A stretch of 64,000 nt of DNA from a virus. Of this stretch, positions 35,515-45,886 are shown in pieces. The notes beneath the pieces were generated by a model. That model had not been told where the DNA came from, made no database searches, and was given only the letters and a program-made list of their open reading frames with translations. Position numbers and translations under genes: made by a program. Where the stretch lies: IMG/VR virus record IMGVR_UViG_3300010389_000003, positions 1 through 64,000 of that record. The stretch is one strand, 5' to 3'. The stretch's first letter is position 1; every line of letters begins with the position of its first letter.

Positions 35515-38500
35515 GTGAAACGTTATTATCTTAGACTAACTGAATCCGATTTTGTTCAAGATGGTGACGTCTGGGTTAGCCCTGTGTATGACCTGTACGA
35601 GAACGCTTCGTATACTAACTACTCAACACTTAAGTCGGCATATGGTCCTGATGTTTTAGGTAATAGGACATGGGTTGGTCTGAATTACAATTACAGCACC
35701 AACGAATCGGAGACTGGCAGGGTTTCCAATGGCAGGTATATAGATAAGTCTGGTCGAATTGATATTCGGTCATATGAGCTAGAGAACATAGTCGTTGCCG
35801 GTATGGAGTCCAATATTGATTATGGATTCTCTGTGTACACAGCTACTGAAGCCGATGCCGCAACCCCTTATCAGTGGACAGAAAATCTTAATCTATCCAG
35901 GAACATAGGCGTATACGATTCTAATCAGTACGCTTATTTCAAGTTAGAATTCACTGATGATAGCGATAAGTCCGACATGACTTTCGATCTTCTGATTCGT
36001 GTTGACATTGCACGTCCCAATATTGCACCTCTTTATGAGAGGTCCAGGAAGATACTGGAAAAGTTCCCTTCTTGGACAGAGCTATATACGGATTCGGCCC
36101 TTCTAGCTACACCTAACTCTGCCACACCGAGCACTTTGGGTGGGCTATTCATCAATTCCATGGCCGGTGAATGGCTAGAGGAAATGGATGAAGATGTTGA
36201 TGATCTGAGGGTGGATCAGTTCATTACGACAGCAGATACCGGGATGGTCTCCCTGGTATACGTCGTTCAGATGCCAGGTATCGATAAGGTATGGAGTGTC
36301 GTTGGTGATGGTGTCACATTATCTAACTGTTATGATCTTGATGATTTCTACGAACTCGATGATACTGAAGACGGCTATTTCTGGACACCAACAGAACAGG
36401 CCCTCTATCTGCGCAAAAATTACACCACTATAGAAATCAATGGATCCAGTGTTTATGACACGACCGCTGCAACACCATCGGTGTTCACGCCTGCCACTAG
36501 ACAAATCTGGAACTGGTTCGATGAATTCGGTCTGAGGGTTGACCTTTACAGGCTTCCCGAAGAAAGTAATGAGTCTTTCAAATCAAGAATACTCGATGTT
36601 TACATCAACAAGCCCGGTGCGGGCAGAGAGGCATTCAAGCTAGCGCTAAGGCGAGAACTAGATACCTGGCAGTCTTTCGGGGCATCCCCAGACTCCAATT
36701 ATCTTGGCGCTACTCCAGAGATATATGATCTCGAGGAGCTACGCAATCTCGTAGATGGTGCATCACCCTATATGGGTTTCGATAACATTCCAACCGAGAA
36801 GCTAAGGTCACTTGTCCAGTGGATGTCAGACGAATATCCCACTACGTGGGGTCACTTCAAGTGGGGTCAGGCGCTATGGGATGTTGGTGGAGAAGAAGCT
36901 GAGGGTTACTCTAACCTGCCATACGGCTTCGATGCAGCTTCTGCAGAAAGTCTTGGTCTGGAACACGCAGGCGTTGGCGATGGCGATGATCTTTATGTCT
37001 ACCGTCCAGACGAATATACCGGCCCGCAAGAGTTTAGTCTCAACTTTAAAGCACGTGGTCATCAGAAGTCCACGGTAACTGGTTATCCTGGAGTAGACGT
37101 AGAACTTGCTATTTATGGCACAGGAACCTACGACGAATACACCAACCCAACACAGACAGAGAACTTCTGTTTGCGAGTGACTACAGCATCCGAAACGTAT
37201 CACACCAATTTCCAGGTAAGTGTTGCCAGTAACTCTTCGAAGTTCTCCCTCACTGATACAAGCTTTGTAACTCGTAGCTTCTTTGAAGATGATGGCCTTT
37301 CAAGGGAAGAGCTGACTTGGTATGATCTTGCCGGTAATGAATACTCGGGTAGCGAGGCAACCCCATTCCAGTTGGCCTTCGAAGATCTAACCAATATAGA
37401 ACTGGTACCCGGTGAATTCTCTGCCGGAAGCACACCTGCGTTTATCAATGCTCCGACAGGCAATACAGTAAGGGCTTGGTTCTCTGAAGACTCTGGACCC
37501 AATAGTGTACCGGTGGGGGCGTCTTCCCTGGTGACTGACGGCACCATGAGAATGGGCGTCACTGGGCATGATGGTGCGATAACATCCGGCAATGCTTACC
37601 ATGCATGGGTAGCATTCACATATGATACTGCCACCACCTTGTCAGAAGATTCGGTACTAATAGGTAATACAACTTATAATGGTGGTGCCCCACTGTGGGA
37701 TGATGGATGGGTGCTCGGGATCAATGCATCGGATGGGCTTTTCGCATTTGCGAGGGATGGCGGTTCCAACGCTACGAACACACATGCTGATGCCATCACG
37801 GATGGCGAGGTTCATGTGGCGTTCATTATTGTCGATGACAGCAGCGCCGATCTGACGGTATCTCTGGATGGCGTTGTGGAAACTGATAGCGGCGTAGGGT
37901 TCACTACGGTTCCAGCTTCGCATACCAGCATCGTTGTGGGTGCAGCTGTAACGGGATCGGAAATCGATGGGGTCACGATACATGGTTTCGGCGGCGGAGA
38001 CACAATACCCACTACCGATGAGATTCGAGGTGTAGGAGCCTACTTCGGAGCGAACGAAGGCGTGCTAGAGTATGCCTACGACCTTTTCACTGCAGAGGCA
38101 TTTTTGAGCCTGAATGTTCCTGAAGCACCGTATTCAGACGAGAAGTCGGTTGACATCACCGACGATCTAGCGGCGATTGACTCGGGCGATATAGTTCTCG
38201 ATACAAACGTATACAATAGAGCATCAATGTGGCAATATGGAGATACGGTTCTTGCCGCTAACGGAATTGGTTCGGCAACCCCGATCATATCCGACTTGGT
38301 ATTCCAGTCCATAGTGTCAACACCTACGTCGAGCACAACCTGGACATCAGATCAGTTTGTAGAAAATCTTACCATAAACGGCGATCATCCCCTTACATCG
38401 ACCAAAGATGTAACCATTTTTCCGCCTGTCGATTCGATATTCAATGCAACAGTGTCAGCAATTATATCTTCACCTGAAATAGTATTTGATTTAATAGGGG

Positions 38501-40644
38501 ACGTCGGATCCTCTGTTGATGCAGCTGGCGCTGCTGCGTCGGTCCCGGCCGCATCAATCTCAATTGACGGCAACGATTTTGGCACCTCTGATCCAATAAC
38601 GCTTAGCTCTGCTGCAAGTTATACAGCATCGAGCACATACCAAACTGATGTTACAGTATTGACAGACTTTGAAGCCACATACTCCAATGCCGTATCCGGC
38701 ACAGTGGATATAAATGGTCCATGGAGAAATGGTAATCCTCCCGCATTGGGCAATGTCAACCAGGTTTTGGAAAACATCTCTTTGACTCGATCTAATTTCG
38801 GTATCGCGAACAGTGCAGATTATATAGTCAGATGGATTGGCGTCGAGGTTGCTAACAATTCCAGGGTAAGCGCATGGGTTGATGCAAACACCGTTCTGCC
38901 CGCTGTAGACGAAGGACTTGTAGGCGAAGCATCTTCCTATCCGTCTAACGCTATACTTGAGCAGGAGTCTGGGGGAACGTATTCTTATGCGGCTTTCCCG
39001 GTTAAGGTCAGAATCAAGTCTGGACCAGACAAAGAATGGAATCCGTCCGTCCACGCTGGCTATTACTATGAGGATGATAGGGAAGTATATCTATACGCAA
39101 ATGAGGGCAATGAAACTGCTACTCCGGATTCTGATGATCACATACTTGGTACTGTGGCCAGGCAAGGAGCGCCCATCATTGTCAAATCTGACGATGGAAC
39201 CGAACTGCGCCACGTATCATTCTGGAACGCTAGCACTCCGGGAATATCTTTGGTTCACACGGAGACCGTGTATGGATCTGGCACCAACAAGCTATACCTG
39301 GGCTACGAAAATCTTTATGATGTGACCGTACAGGATATCACGACTGGTCGCACTGTGGTCGCGGATACTACCACTGCAACGCAAATTTTGACCACGTCCC
39401 AAGTGACAGAACGCGATCATCAATATGAGGTAACCTATAAGCTGGTCAACTCATTTATAGCGGATAACACTTACATCTATACTGATGGAACTCAGAGGAC
39501 TAAGCTGACATTCGATAAGACTCCCACCTCAGCTGGCTTTGGAAATTATGAGATCTGGTACGAAAAGAACAAGTACAACCCCGCAACTCCAATCTCACTG
39601 CCTCTGCATCCATTCTATACTGTTATAGATGAGGGGTTCATATTCCTATCTGATAACGAGTATGACCTTTCTGATAGCGTTGAAGTAAGGTTCTCTCCGT
39701 CATCCATCGTTGCCGACGGAAATGACTACATCATGATGAGCCTCAGAACCTATGACATATATGGTAACCCAAAGCCCAACCAAGACTTCACCTTGAGCAC
39801 CGATTTTGGTAGTTTCGACTACAGTGGAGCGACCCCTTCCAGTGTTGATATCACCACTGATCGAGATGGCTTCTTCAGCATACCCGTCCTGTCTGCCTCC
39901 AGTACGTCAGGTACCACCGGTACTGTGACCATCACAAATGGTCTGACCGGAGACTTCACATTCACCATTGTTCCATCAAAGACTCCTACGCCAACGCTGG
40001 TAGCAGCAGTCACATCCGATAGGATACCCGCAGATGGGCTATCTCAAGTCTATGTGTACGGAAGGTATACAGATACTGACCGGTCTCCATTGGCGGGCGA
40101 AACGATCAATTGGCGCAAGGGTCGCCATATATACGACATGTTTGGCCTCGCCAGGAGTTCAGACCCTGCGACTCCTACAAGTACTTCTTTCGCTGGAGAG
40201 GTTACTACTGATAGTGACGGCAAGTTCGTGATAGGTCCATTCACCGCCGAAGAGCCCGCTTATCCCGGATATTGGTTCGTTGGGGTAGAGGGCACCTATA
40301 ACGGTGGCATGGATTACCAGGGGGATGTTGTTTTCTGGCAGGAGTATCCAGATGTGATCTATGGTGTGGAGATTTACTCTGGTTTACCACAGTCATCGGT
40401 GCAGGATCTGGAGTGGTGGGATATACCAGATTACGCAACGCCATTGAGTTTCCCGGTAAGCTATGACGAGGCAACTCCGACCTATGGAAGCACTCCATCG
40501 AGTAACCTGATATGGGAGCCACCCAAGTGGTACGCCATTGATAAGTACACCCAGTATCAGCTCAATCTGCTTGGCTCAGATTACTATGAGTATGATTACA
40601 CAACAGCCCAAGCCAATGAACACCCAGATTACAAGGAATTGTAA
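35515..40644 (+). CDS. Large baseplate wedge/fibre protein with LamG-like and Ig-like (Big_1) domains
   Basis: WNWFDEFG...RLPEESNESFKSRI wedge-type segment; DGEVHVAF..LTVSLDG LamG-like; two IVADG/IPADG..D..G.P Big_1-like repeats. Confidence 0.7.
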   Translation: MKRYYLRLTESDFVQDGDVWVSPVYDLYENASYTNYSTLKSAYGPDVLGNRTWVGLNYNYSTNESETGRVSNGRYIDKSGRIDIRSYELENIVVAGMESNIDYGFSVYTATEADAATPYQWTENLNLSRNIGVYDSNQYAYFKLEFTDDSDKSDMTFDLLIRVDIARPNIAPLYERSRKILEKFPSWTELYTDSALLATPNSATPSTLGGLFINSMAGEWLEEMDEDVDDLRVDQFITTADTGMVSLVYVVQMPGIDKVWSVVGDGVTLSNCYDLDDFYELDDTEDGYFWTPTEQALYLRKNYTTIEINGSSVYDTTAATPSVFTPATRQIWNWFDEFGLRVDLYRLPEESNESFKSRILDVYINKPGAGREAFKLALRRELDTWQSFGASPDSNYLGATPEIYDLEELRNLVDGASPYMGFDNIPTEKLRSLVQWMSDEYPTTWGHFKWGQALWDVGGEEAEGYSNLPYGFDAASAESLGLEHAGVGDGDDLYVYRPDEYTGPQEFSLNFKARGHQKSTVTGYPGVDVELAIYGTGTYDEYTNPTQTENFCLRVTTASETYHTNFQVSVASNSSKFSLTDTSFVTRSFFEDDGLSREELTWYDLAGNEYSGSEATPFQLAFEDLTNIELVPGEFSAGSTPAFINAPTGNTVRAWFSEDSGPNSVPVGASSLVTDGTMRMGVTGHDGAITSGNAYHAWVAFTYDTATTLSEDSVLIGNTTYNGGAPLWDDGWVLGINASDGLFAFARDGGSNATNTHADAITDGEVHVAFIIVDDSSADLTVSLDGVVETDSGVGFTTVPASHTSIVVGAAVTGSEIDGVTIHGFGGGDTIPTTDEIRGVGAYFGANEGVLEYAYDLFTAEAFLSLNVPEAPYSDEKSVDITDDLAAIDSGDIVLDTNVYNRASMWQYGDTVLAANGIGSATPIISDLVFQSIVSTPTSSTTWTSDQFVENLTINGDHPLTSTKDVTIFPPVDSIFNATVSAIISSPEIVFDLIGDVGSSVDAAGAAASVPAASISIDGNDFGTSDPITLSSAASYTASSTYQTDVTVLTDFEATYSNAVSGTVDINGPWRNGNPPALGNVNQVLENISLTRSNFGIANSADYIVRWIGVEVANNSRVSAWVDANTVLPAVDEGLVGEASSYPSNAILEQESGGTYSYAAFPVKVRIKSGPDKEWNPSVHAGYYYEDDREVYLYANEGNETATPDSDDHILGTVARQGAPIIVKSDDGTELRHVSFWNASTPGISLVHTETVYGSGTNKLYLGYENLYDVTVQDITTGRTVVADTTTATQILTTSQVTERDHQYEVTYKLVNSFIADNTYIYTDGTQRTKLTFDKTPTSAGFGNYEIWYEKNKYNPATPISLPLHPFYTVIDEGFIFLSDNEYDLSDSVEVRFSPSSIVADGNDYIMMSLRTYDIYGNPKPNQDFTLSTDFGSFDYSGATPSSVDITTDRDGFFSIPVLSASSTSGTTGTVTITNGLTGDFTFTIVPSKTPTPTLVAAVTSDRIPADGLSQVYVYGRYTDTDRSPLAGETINWRKGRHIYDMFGLARSSDPATPTSTSFAGEVTTDSDGKFVIGPFTAEEPAYPGYWFVGVEGTYNGGMDYQGDVVFWQEYPDVIYGVEIYSGLPQSSVQDLEWWDIPDYATPLSFPVSYDEATPTYGSTPSSNLIWEPPKWYAIDKYTQYQLNLLGSDYYEYDYTTAQANEHPDYKEL

Positions 40645-43600
40645 ATGGAGAATTTCGTAGACAGAACTACAGCAGGCAATGAGCGAGCCTTCCGAAGGGG
40701 AAAGCGAGTTCCCGATGGGGACGTTAACCTTGCATGGGTCAAATCGCCTGAGCTTACGCCAGACAATAACATAGTCATTCTGGATACGTCCCGCACCACA
40801 GAAGAAAACAGGGTCGATGCCCCAAAAAAGACTCAGCTCATGTATGCCAATTCACTGGGCATACTGGAGGATGAGTTCGGTAATCAAGTGATAGATGACG
40901 AATATCCCTGCGTGGCTGATGTCTTTACCCAAGACGAAGACTTTCTGCTGGTTGAAGGTAGTGAGTACGAAGATGATGACACACTCCCGTTTGTCCACAT
41001 CAGCAGGTATCTCCATGCCGATTTTGTTGGGATTACTTTGGGCACAGAACTCCATACTTATTCATCGGAGTCCTTGCAAGTAGTTGATCAACAGGGTAGA
41101 AACTATGTTGACGACGCAGGTGAACCGAAATATAAGATCAAGATATCACCGGCCTACAACTCAGTCGTGGACACAGTCATAGATCAGTCCACCGGTATCT
41201 ATAGGGTTTGGGCATTCGTAGACAGCAACGCCAATGAAAGTTTGTACCTCAAGTACAACAAGGTAGAGCTTGACACTTCTGGTGAGATCCGTAATCAAAA
41301 TGTCGATTACACAGAGATACTGAACCCACAACCGTACTTTACGTATGTTCCAGAAGAGAGCGACGTTGTGGATCCAGCGAATCATCGCAAGAAGATCTAT
41401 ACAACTAAGCCGATCAACAAGAAGAACAAGGCTGTCGGCCAGTCCCAGAAAGATGTTGAGGGTTATAGGGTCTACGTGCCTAAGAAGGCAGTGCCTGATC
41501 CAAGGCTTTATCAACTCTTCAGGTGGAGAGTTACCTGCGATTTTGTGCAGGACTATAAAGTGCGAGCCGACAAGATTGATGAGGATACCCTAGAGCAGGT
41601 CAATGTCGGTGTCATTGTCACGAATCAGAATGATAGCAGCTATGCCGCTTATGCTCTGCACAATCTCGAGAACAGTAATTATAACAAGTCGAACGTTAGA
41701 TTTGTCAACCCCTTTGCCAGCACCACCGAGAAGCAGACTGCTGCGTACTGGGAAGTCAACTTAAGCACCATTAATACCGCAGATCTATCAACATACGACA
41801 TGCTGATACTGTCACCTGTCAATACAACATTTGATGTCTCACCGATACTTGGGAAGATAGATCATTTCGTGAACGTTGTCGGTGGCACTCTGCTCATAGA
41901 TACGAACAATCAATCAATCCTCAATAACTTTGGTTTTACCTTCTCCAACACCTTCTATCCGGTTAATGGTGGTACCAAGACTACTGGCTCATCTTCATAC
42001 CCATTAAGGGGAACGACAATCTCCATCGAGGACTCGACACATGAGATCATAGATGGACTCACGAGCCTTGGTGGCTGGCCTATTACTGATGGTTCCAGCG
42101 ATAATTTTGAATCAGTTTCTTTGTATTCAAACGGAGTTTTGGGTGAATACATTCAGTCTATAGAATCCTACCCAAGCGACTATGATGAAATTTTGACGGG
42201 AACAACCACTAATGGAGCTACCAAGCCTGTTCTGGTTGGGAAAACAGCCATAGCAGATTCTGGTAGCAGAAAGGGGAAGGTTTATGTATGCACCTCAGGG
42301 TTGACATACTCCGTCAATGCCTTTGTGGATCCGGATACTGGCAAATTGAAGTACGCCAACTATGGCAGAGACAATGTTATCAATACGGCTGATTACGATT
42401 CATATATTAACTCTGTTTATTCGGCCACTGCTGCGAAGATGCTATACAACATGGCTTTGTTCTCCACTAAAGGCAAATACATTAATGTAGATCTTACCGG
42501 AGATTACAGTTCGGTATGGACCGTGAATTCCAATTGGGCTTCAAGTTGGGTTATCGACGGATCAGTGCTGACTGACTACGAAAAAGGAACCAACGATTTT
42601 GTCTTCCTTCCAAAGAACCCTGTTGGGGATACCGATACGGTATGGCAGAGGCGCTTGGGCACGAAAAATCTAAAACAAATGATTGATGAGCAGCTTGTCG
42701 ATTCACAACTTACTCGACTTGATAATGCAACTCGTGTTTACAGGATAGAAACAACTAATGCAGCTGTTAACACGCCTGTAACCCTTTCAGATAATACGAT
42801 ACCTCATGCCTGGACCGAGTCTTACAGTCCAGTATTCAATGTTCCCATTGAACTCGGCGCCCATATTGTGAGATCCGAATTGATCCAAGGCGATTTCGAT
42901 GCGGGCACCTATGTGCACAAGTCTTACCCGAGCAGAAATTACGATCTTCAAACTCAGATAACTCACACTTATGAATCCGATGCTTTCGTAAATCAGACAA
43001 CTACATGGACCGCTACTGGTACGGCCACAAAGACAACAACATACAAAGGTACGACAAAGGTATCAGAGCCTGTTACCACGACGAGTACCAGAACAATAAC
43101 GCGAGATGAAGAGATAACCTGGGCTGATTCAGGCTATGGCACCTATAGTGCAATGCCATCTTCCATCCCGTGGGGAACGGCTCAAAGGCCCAACGGTATT
43201 ACTACTTGGCAGGAGCAGAATTATTTCACAACAGCGTGGGGTTCCGGCCTCAATAGCTGGCCCTACTGGGGCATGACGTCTAGATACAGCACGGGTGAAA
43301 ATGCAAGGGGAGAGGTTGTTCAGTTTATCCAAGCTGCACTAAATCAGTTTATCTTCTGGGGGATTGTCAATGTACCGTTCCTGCCCGAGGATGGCTCGTT
43401 CGGCTCTAGAACTGCGGCGGCAGTGAGAGCATTACAAGTAGCTAGAAATGCCAAGTACGTGGACGGCATCGTGGGGGCCGAGACATGGGGCATGATTGGT
43501 TTTCAGATTATTAGAATTGGTCAGTTGATTGGCGCGAACAAACTAAAAGGTCAAGCGGGCTATAAGAGATTCTTCGGTTGGCCGTTTGATCGTTCAGACA

Positions 43601-45885
43601 TGTTCAATATTTCCAATGGAGACCCATCCAAATCCTTTGTAAAGAAATCGTGGGTCAGAAATGGACCGTCAACAATATGGGATATGTTTACAGTTGTATT
43701 CCCCCTTGCGTATGACATCCATGCGGTGACGGTGATACCTTATGTGGAAGGGGCATCAAATAGTTGCATGGTTAGATCCCTGCACACATCTCCTAATATC
43801 ATCGACCTTACAAATTGGGATTCTAGAAACAGTCGTTATACATACCTTCCTTTCAGGCCTAAAGACGGTCAGGAATTGACTATACCAATCAGCGCACAGA
43901 GTGGACGTCAGATCATAGTCGGTATGGGACAGGATCAGTCTTCTGGTTTCGGTGCCGCTAGGATCTTTGGAGTCAGAGATATAAGGGCTCATGTCAAGAC
44001 AAAGAAGACCATCACAGACACAAAGACCATACCGGGTGGAACCACATTCACTCCAGGTAAGCGAGAGGTCGAGAATATCACCTTTATTCAGACCGGAACT
44101 GTGACCGTTAATGCTAACGGGTCCAAGACGGTAACAATCAATGCGCTTGATTCAAATGTCTTGCAGCCTAGTGGCTCCATACAGAGTGCGAACGTGGACC
44201 ATATCCACTTCAATAATGTGCGATTCACGGGTATAACATCCTCGAACCCAAATGTGACCGCCGAGTTTGATATCACTGGCGCCAATGCCAAGATGGTCTT
44301 TTCTACGAACTACGAAAAGAATAGTTCATCCACAAACATCCAATATGGACAGCGACTACCTGCACCTAATGGTGGATTCACATACTATTCAAGAACAGCT
44401 TCAGGATTTGTGAATTCAGCTCCGGAGTCGGGATGGGTTTCGAAAGAGGACGGAGTCAAGCTTCTTTGCGATTCGGCGGGTAAGCCCCTTGGATTTCCGG
44501 CATTACCCACAGGAATCAATACCGCTCAAGGTGAAACAAGCGCCTTCATAACAATGATCAGCAGGGGCACCGATCCCAGCGTTGTATATGGCTTCTATGA
44601 CGCTTCGTCTAAGGAATTCATAACGTCGGGAAGTGGCGGCCAACAGGTCTTGTCCTACGAAGATTATGCTAACCGTGGATTCGGCAATGTTTTCATTGCG
44701 GTAGTTACTTCATATGAGGTCGAAGAGAATAAGGATCTGCCGGACTCATCCGACGCACCATTGATCCCCAGGTTGTGGGCAATGCCAGTCTACGGCATAT
44801 GCTATCGATCCAATTCCAGAATCGGTATAGACCCACTACCTGTTGGTCTTGGGCCCATGGACTTGTGGTCCATACCAATCAGGGTTGGATCTTTTGACAA
44901 GAACATATTCATACAGGATAGATTCTCCGTCAGCTCAACACACTGGTCGCAATCCTATGAAGGCACTACACTTAGAGCTTTTTATGGAGTACCCGAGGCG
45001 GCTAATGGAGCATGGTCATCACTCTATGGTCGTCCGAATGTGGATATCCAAGACGAAATACCGGATGTCTTGTCGGACAGGGTGATTCAAGTTCGTCAGG
45101 CACCCATCCTCATGGTCAGGGAACCAACTGAACAAAATACCTGGGCCGATCCACTGAGACCCATCTTTACGGTTTCCACCAGAGCTACAGTGAACAGCCC
45201 CTGGGTTACTTTGGGTAGAGAAGAAATCCTCGACTACAATGTATCAAATGGTACCATATACCTTAAGGATTCATTAGCATCTGAAGACGCAAATCTTGTG
45301 AAGGTCAGCTACACATCTTCTAGGATGGTCTATGATTTCAAGCAGTATGCTGGGAACAAGATAAACCTCAATCCCTATATATTGCGAGATGAATCGCTGA
45401 TTGGTAAGCCGATCTATATCTACGTTGTGCCAGAGTACGTACACACAGAATCTGGCAGCCTTATCGCTGAGTCGGTCGAAACTGCTACCATACGTTGGAC
45501 GACGGATCCGGGTGTTTTCTCGGTATTGGACTCTGCCATGTACAATCCTTTAGCTATAAGACTAGGGGTTGTGTACATAAGCAGTGCAGCGGACATAGAG
45601 AATCTTACAATGCTGGACACTCGCCATCGCGGCGGAGGTGCTTCAGAGAATGTTTCTGATGGAGAACTTATCGGTAAGCATGTCATACCTAGAAATTACT
45701 GGGATGTGAACTATGCCGCTGGCGAAGCATATCAATCTGGTGGGTTTGTTCTCATCAGGCTCCCGGCCGAGTTGAAATCACGATTCAATGACGATGACAG
45801 GTTTATAATGGAAGTCATTGATCGTAACATACCAGCTGGTGTAGGATATAAGATAGAGGATCTCAACGGAAACTCTTGGAGATAG
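40645..45885 (+). CDS. Large baseplate/receptor-binding protein with peptidoglycan-binding domain
   Basis: GEVVQFIQAALN...DGSFGSRTAAAVRALQ...VDGIVGAETW (about 43300..43500) matches the PG_binding_1 pattern; C-terminal DTRHRGGG...IPAGV. Confidence 0.72.
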   Translation: MENFVDRTTAGNERAFRRGKRVPDGDVNLAWVKSPELTPDNNIVILDTSRTTEENRVDAPKKTQLMYANSLGILEDEFGNQVIDDEYPCVADVFTQDEDFLLVEGSEYEDDDTLPFVHISRYLHADFVGITLGTELHTYSSESLQVVDQQGRNYVDDAGEPKYKIKISPAYNSVVDTVIDQSTGIYRVWAFVDSNANESLYLKYNKVELDTSGEIRNQNVDYTEILNPQPYFTYVPEESDVVDPANHRKKIYTTKPINKKNKAVGQSQKDVEGYRVYVPKKAVPDPRLYQLFRWRVTCDFVQDYKVRADKIDEDTLEQVNVGVIVTNQNDSSYAAYALHNLENSNYNKSNVRFVNPFASTTEKQTAAYWEVNLSTINTADLSTYDMLILSPVNTTFDVSPILGKIDHFVNVVGGTLLIDTNNQSILNNFGFTFSNTFYPVNGGTKTTGSSSYPLRGTTISIEDSTHEIIDGLTSLGGWPITDGSSDNFESVSLYSNGVLGEYIQSIESYPSDYDEILTGTTTNGATKPVLVGKTAIADSGSRKGKVYVCTSGLTYSVNAFVDPDTGKLKYANYGRDNVINTADYDSYINSVYSATAAKMLYNMALFSTKGKYINVDLTGDYSSVWTVNSNWASSWVIDGSVLTDYEKGTNDFVFLPKNPVGDTDTVWQRRLGTKNLKQMIDEQLVDSQLTRLDNATRVYRIETTNAAVNTPVTLSDNTIPHAWTESYSPVFNVPIELGAHIVRSELIQGDFDAGTYVHKSYPSRNYDLQTQITHTYESDAFVNQTTTWTATGTATKTTTYKGTTKVSEPVTTTSTRTITRDEEITWADSGYGTYSAMPSSIPWGTAQRPNGITTWQEQNYFTTAWGSGLNSWPYWGMTSRYSTGENARGEVVQFIQAALNQFIFWGIVNVPFLPEDGSFGSRTAAAVRALQVARNAKYVDGIVGAETWGMIGFQIIRIGQLIGANKLKGQAGYKRFFGWPFDRSDMFNISNGDPSKSFVKKSWVRNGPSTIWDMFTVVFPLAYDIHAVTVIPYVEGASNSCMVRSLHTSPNIIDLTNWDSRNSRYTYLPFRPKDGQELTIPISAQSGRQIIVGMGQDQSSGFGAARIFGVRDIRAHVKTKKTITDTKTIPGGTTFTPGKREVENITFIQTGTVTVNANGSKTVTINALDSNVLQPSGSIQSANVDHIHFNNVRFTGITSSNPNVTAEFDITGANAKMVFSTNYEKNSSSTNIQYGQRLPAPNGGFTYYSRTASGFVNSAPESGWVSKEDGVKLLCDSAGKPLGFPALPTGINTAQGETSAFITMISRGTDPSVVYGFYDASSKEFITSGSGGQQVLSYEDYANRGFGNVFIAVVTSYEVEENKDLPDSSDAPLIPRLWAMPVYGICYRSNSRIGIDPLPVGLGPMDLWSIPIRVGSFDKNIFIQDRFSVSSTHWSQSYEGTTLRAFYGVPEAANGAWSSLYGRPNVDIQDEIPDVLSDRVIQVRQAPILMVREPTEQNTWADPLRPIFTVSTRATVNSPWVTLGREEILDYNVSNGTIYLKDSLASEDANLVKVSYTSSRMVYDFKQYAGNKINLNPYILRDESLIGKPIYIYVVPEYVHTESGSLIAESVETATIRWTTDPGVFSVLDSAMYNPLAIRLGVVYISSAADIENLTMLDTRHRGGGASENVSDGELIGKHVIPRNYWDVNYAAGEAYQSGGFVLIRLPAELKSRFNDDDRFIMEVIDRNIPAGVGYKIEDLNGNSWR

Positions 45886-45886
45886 T

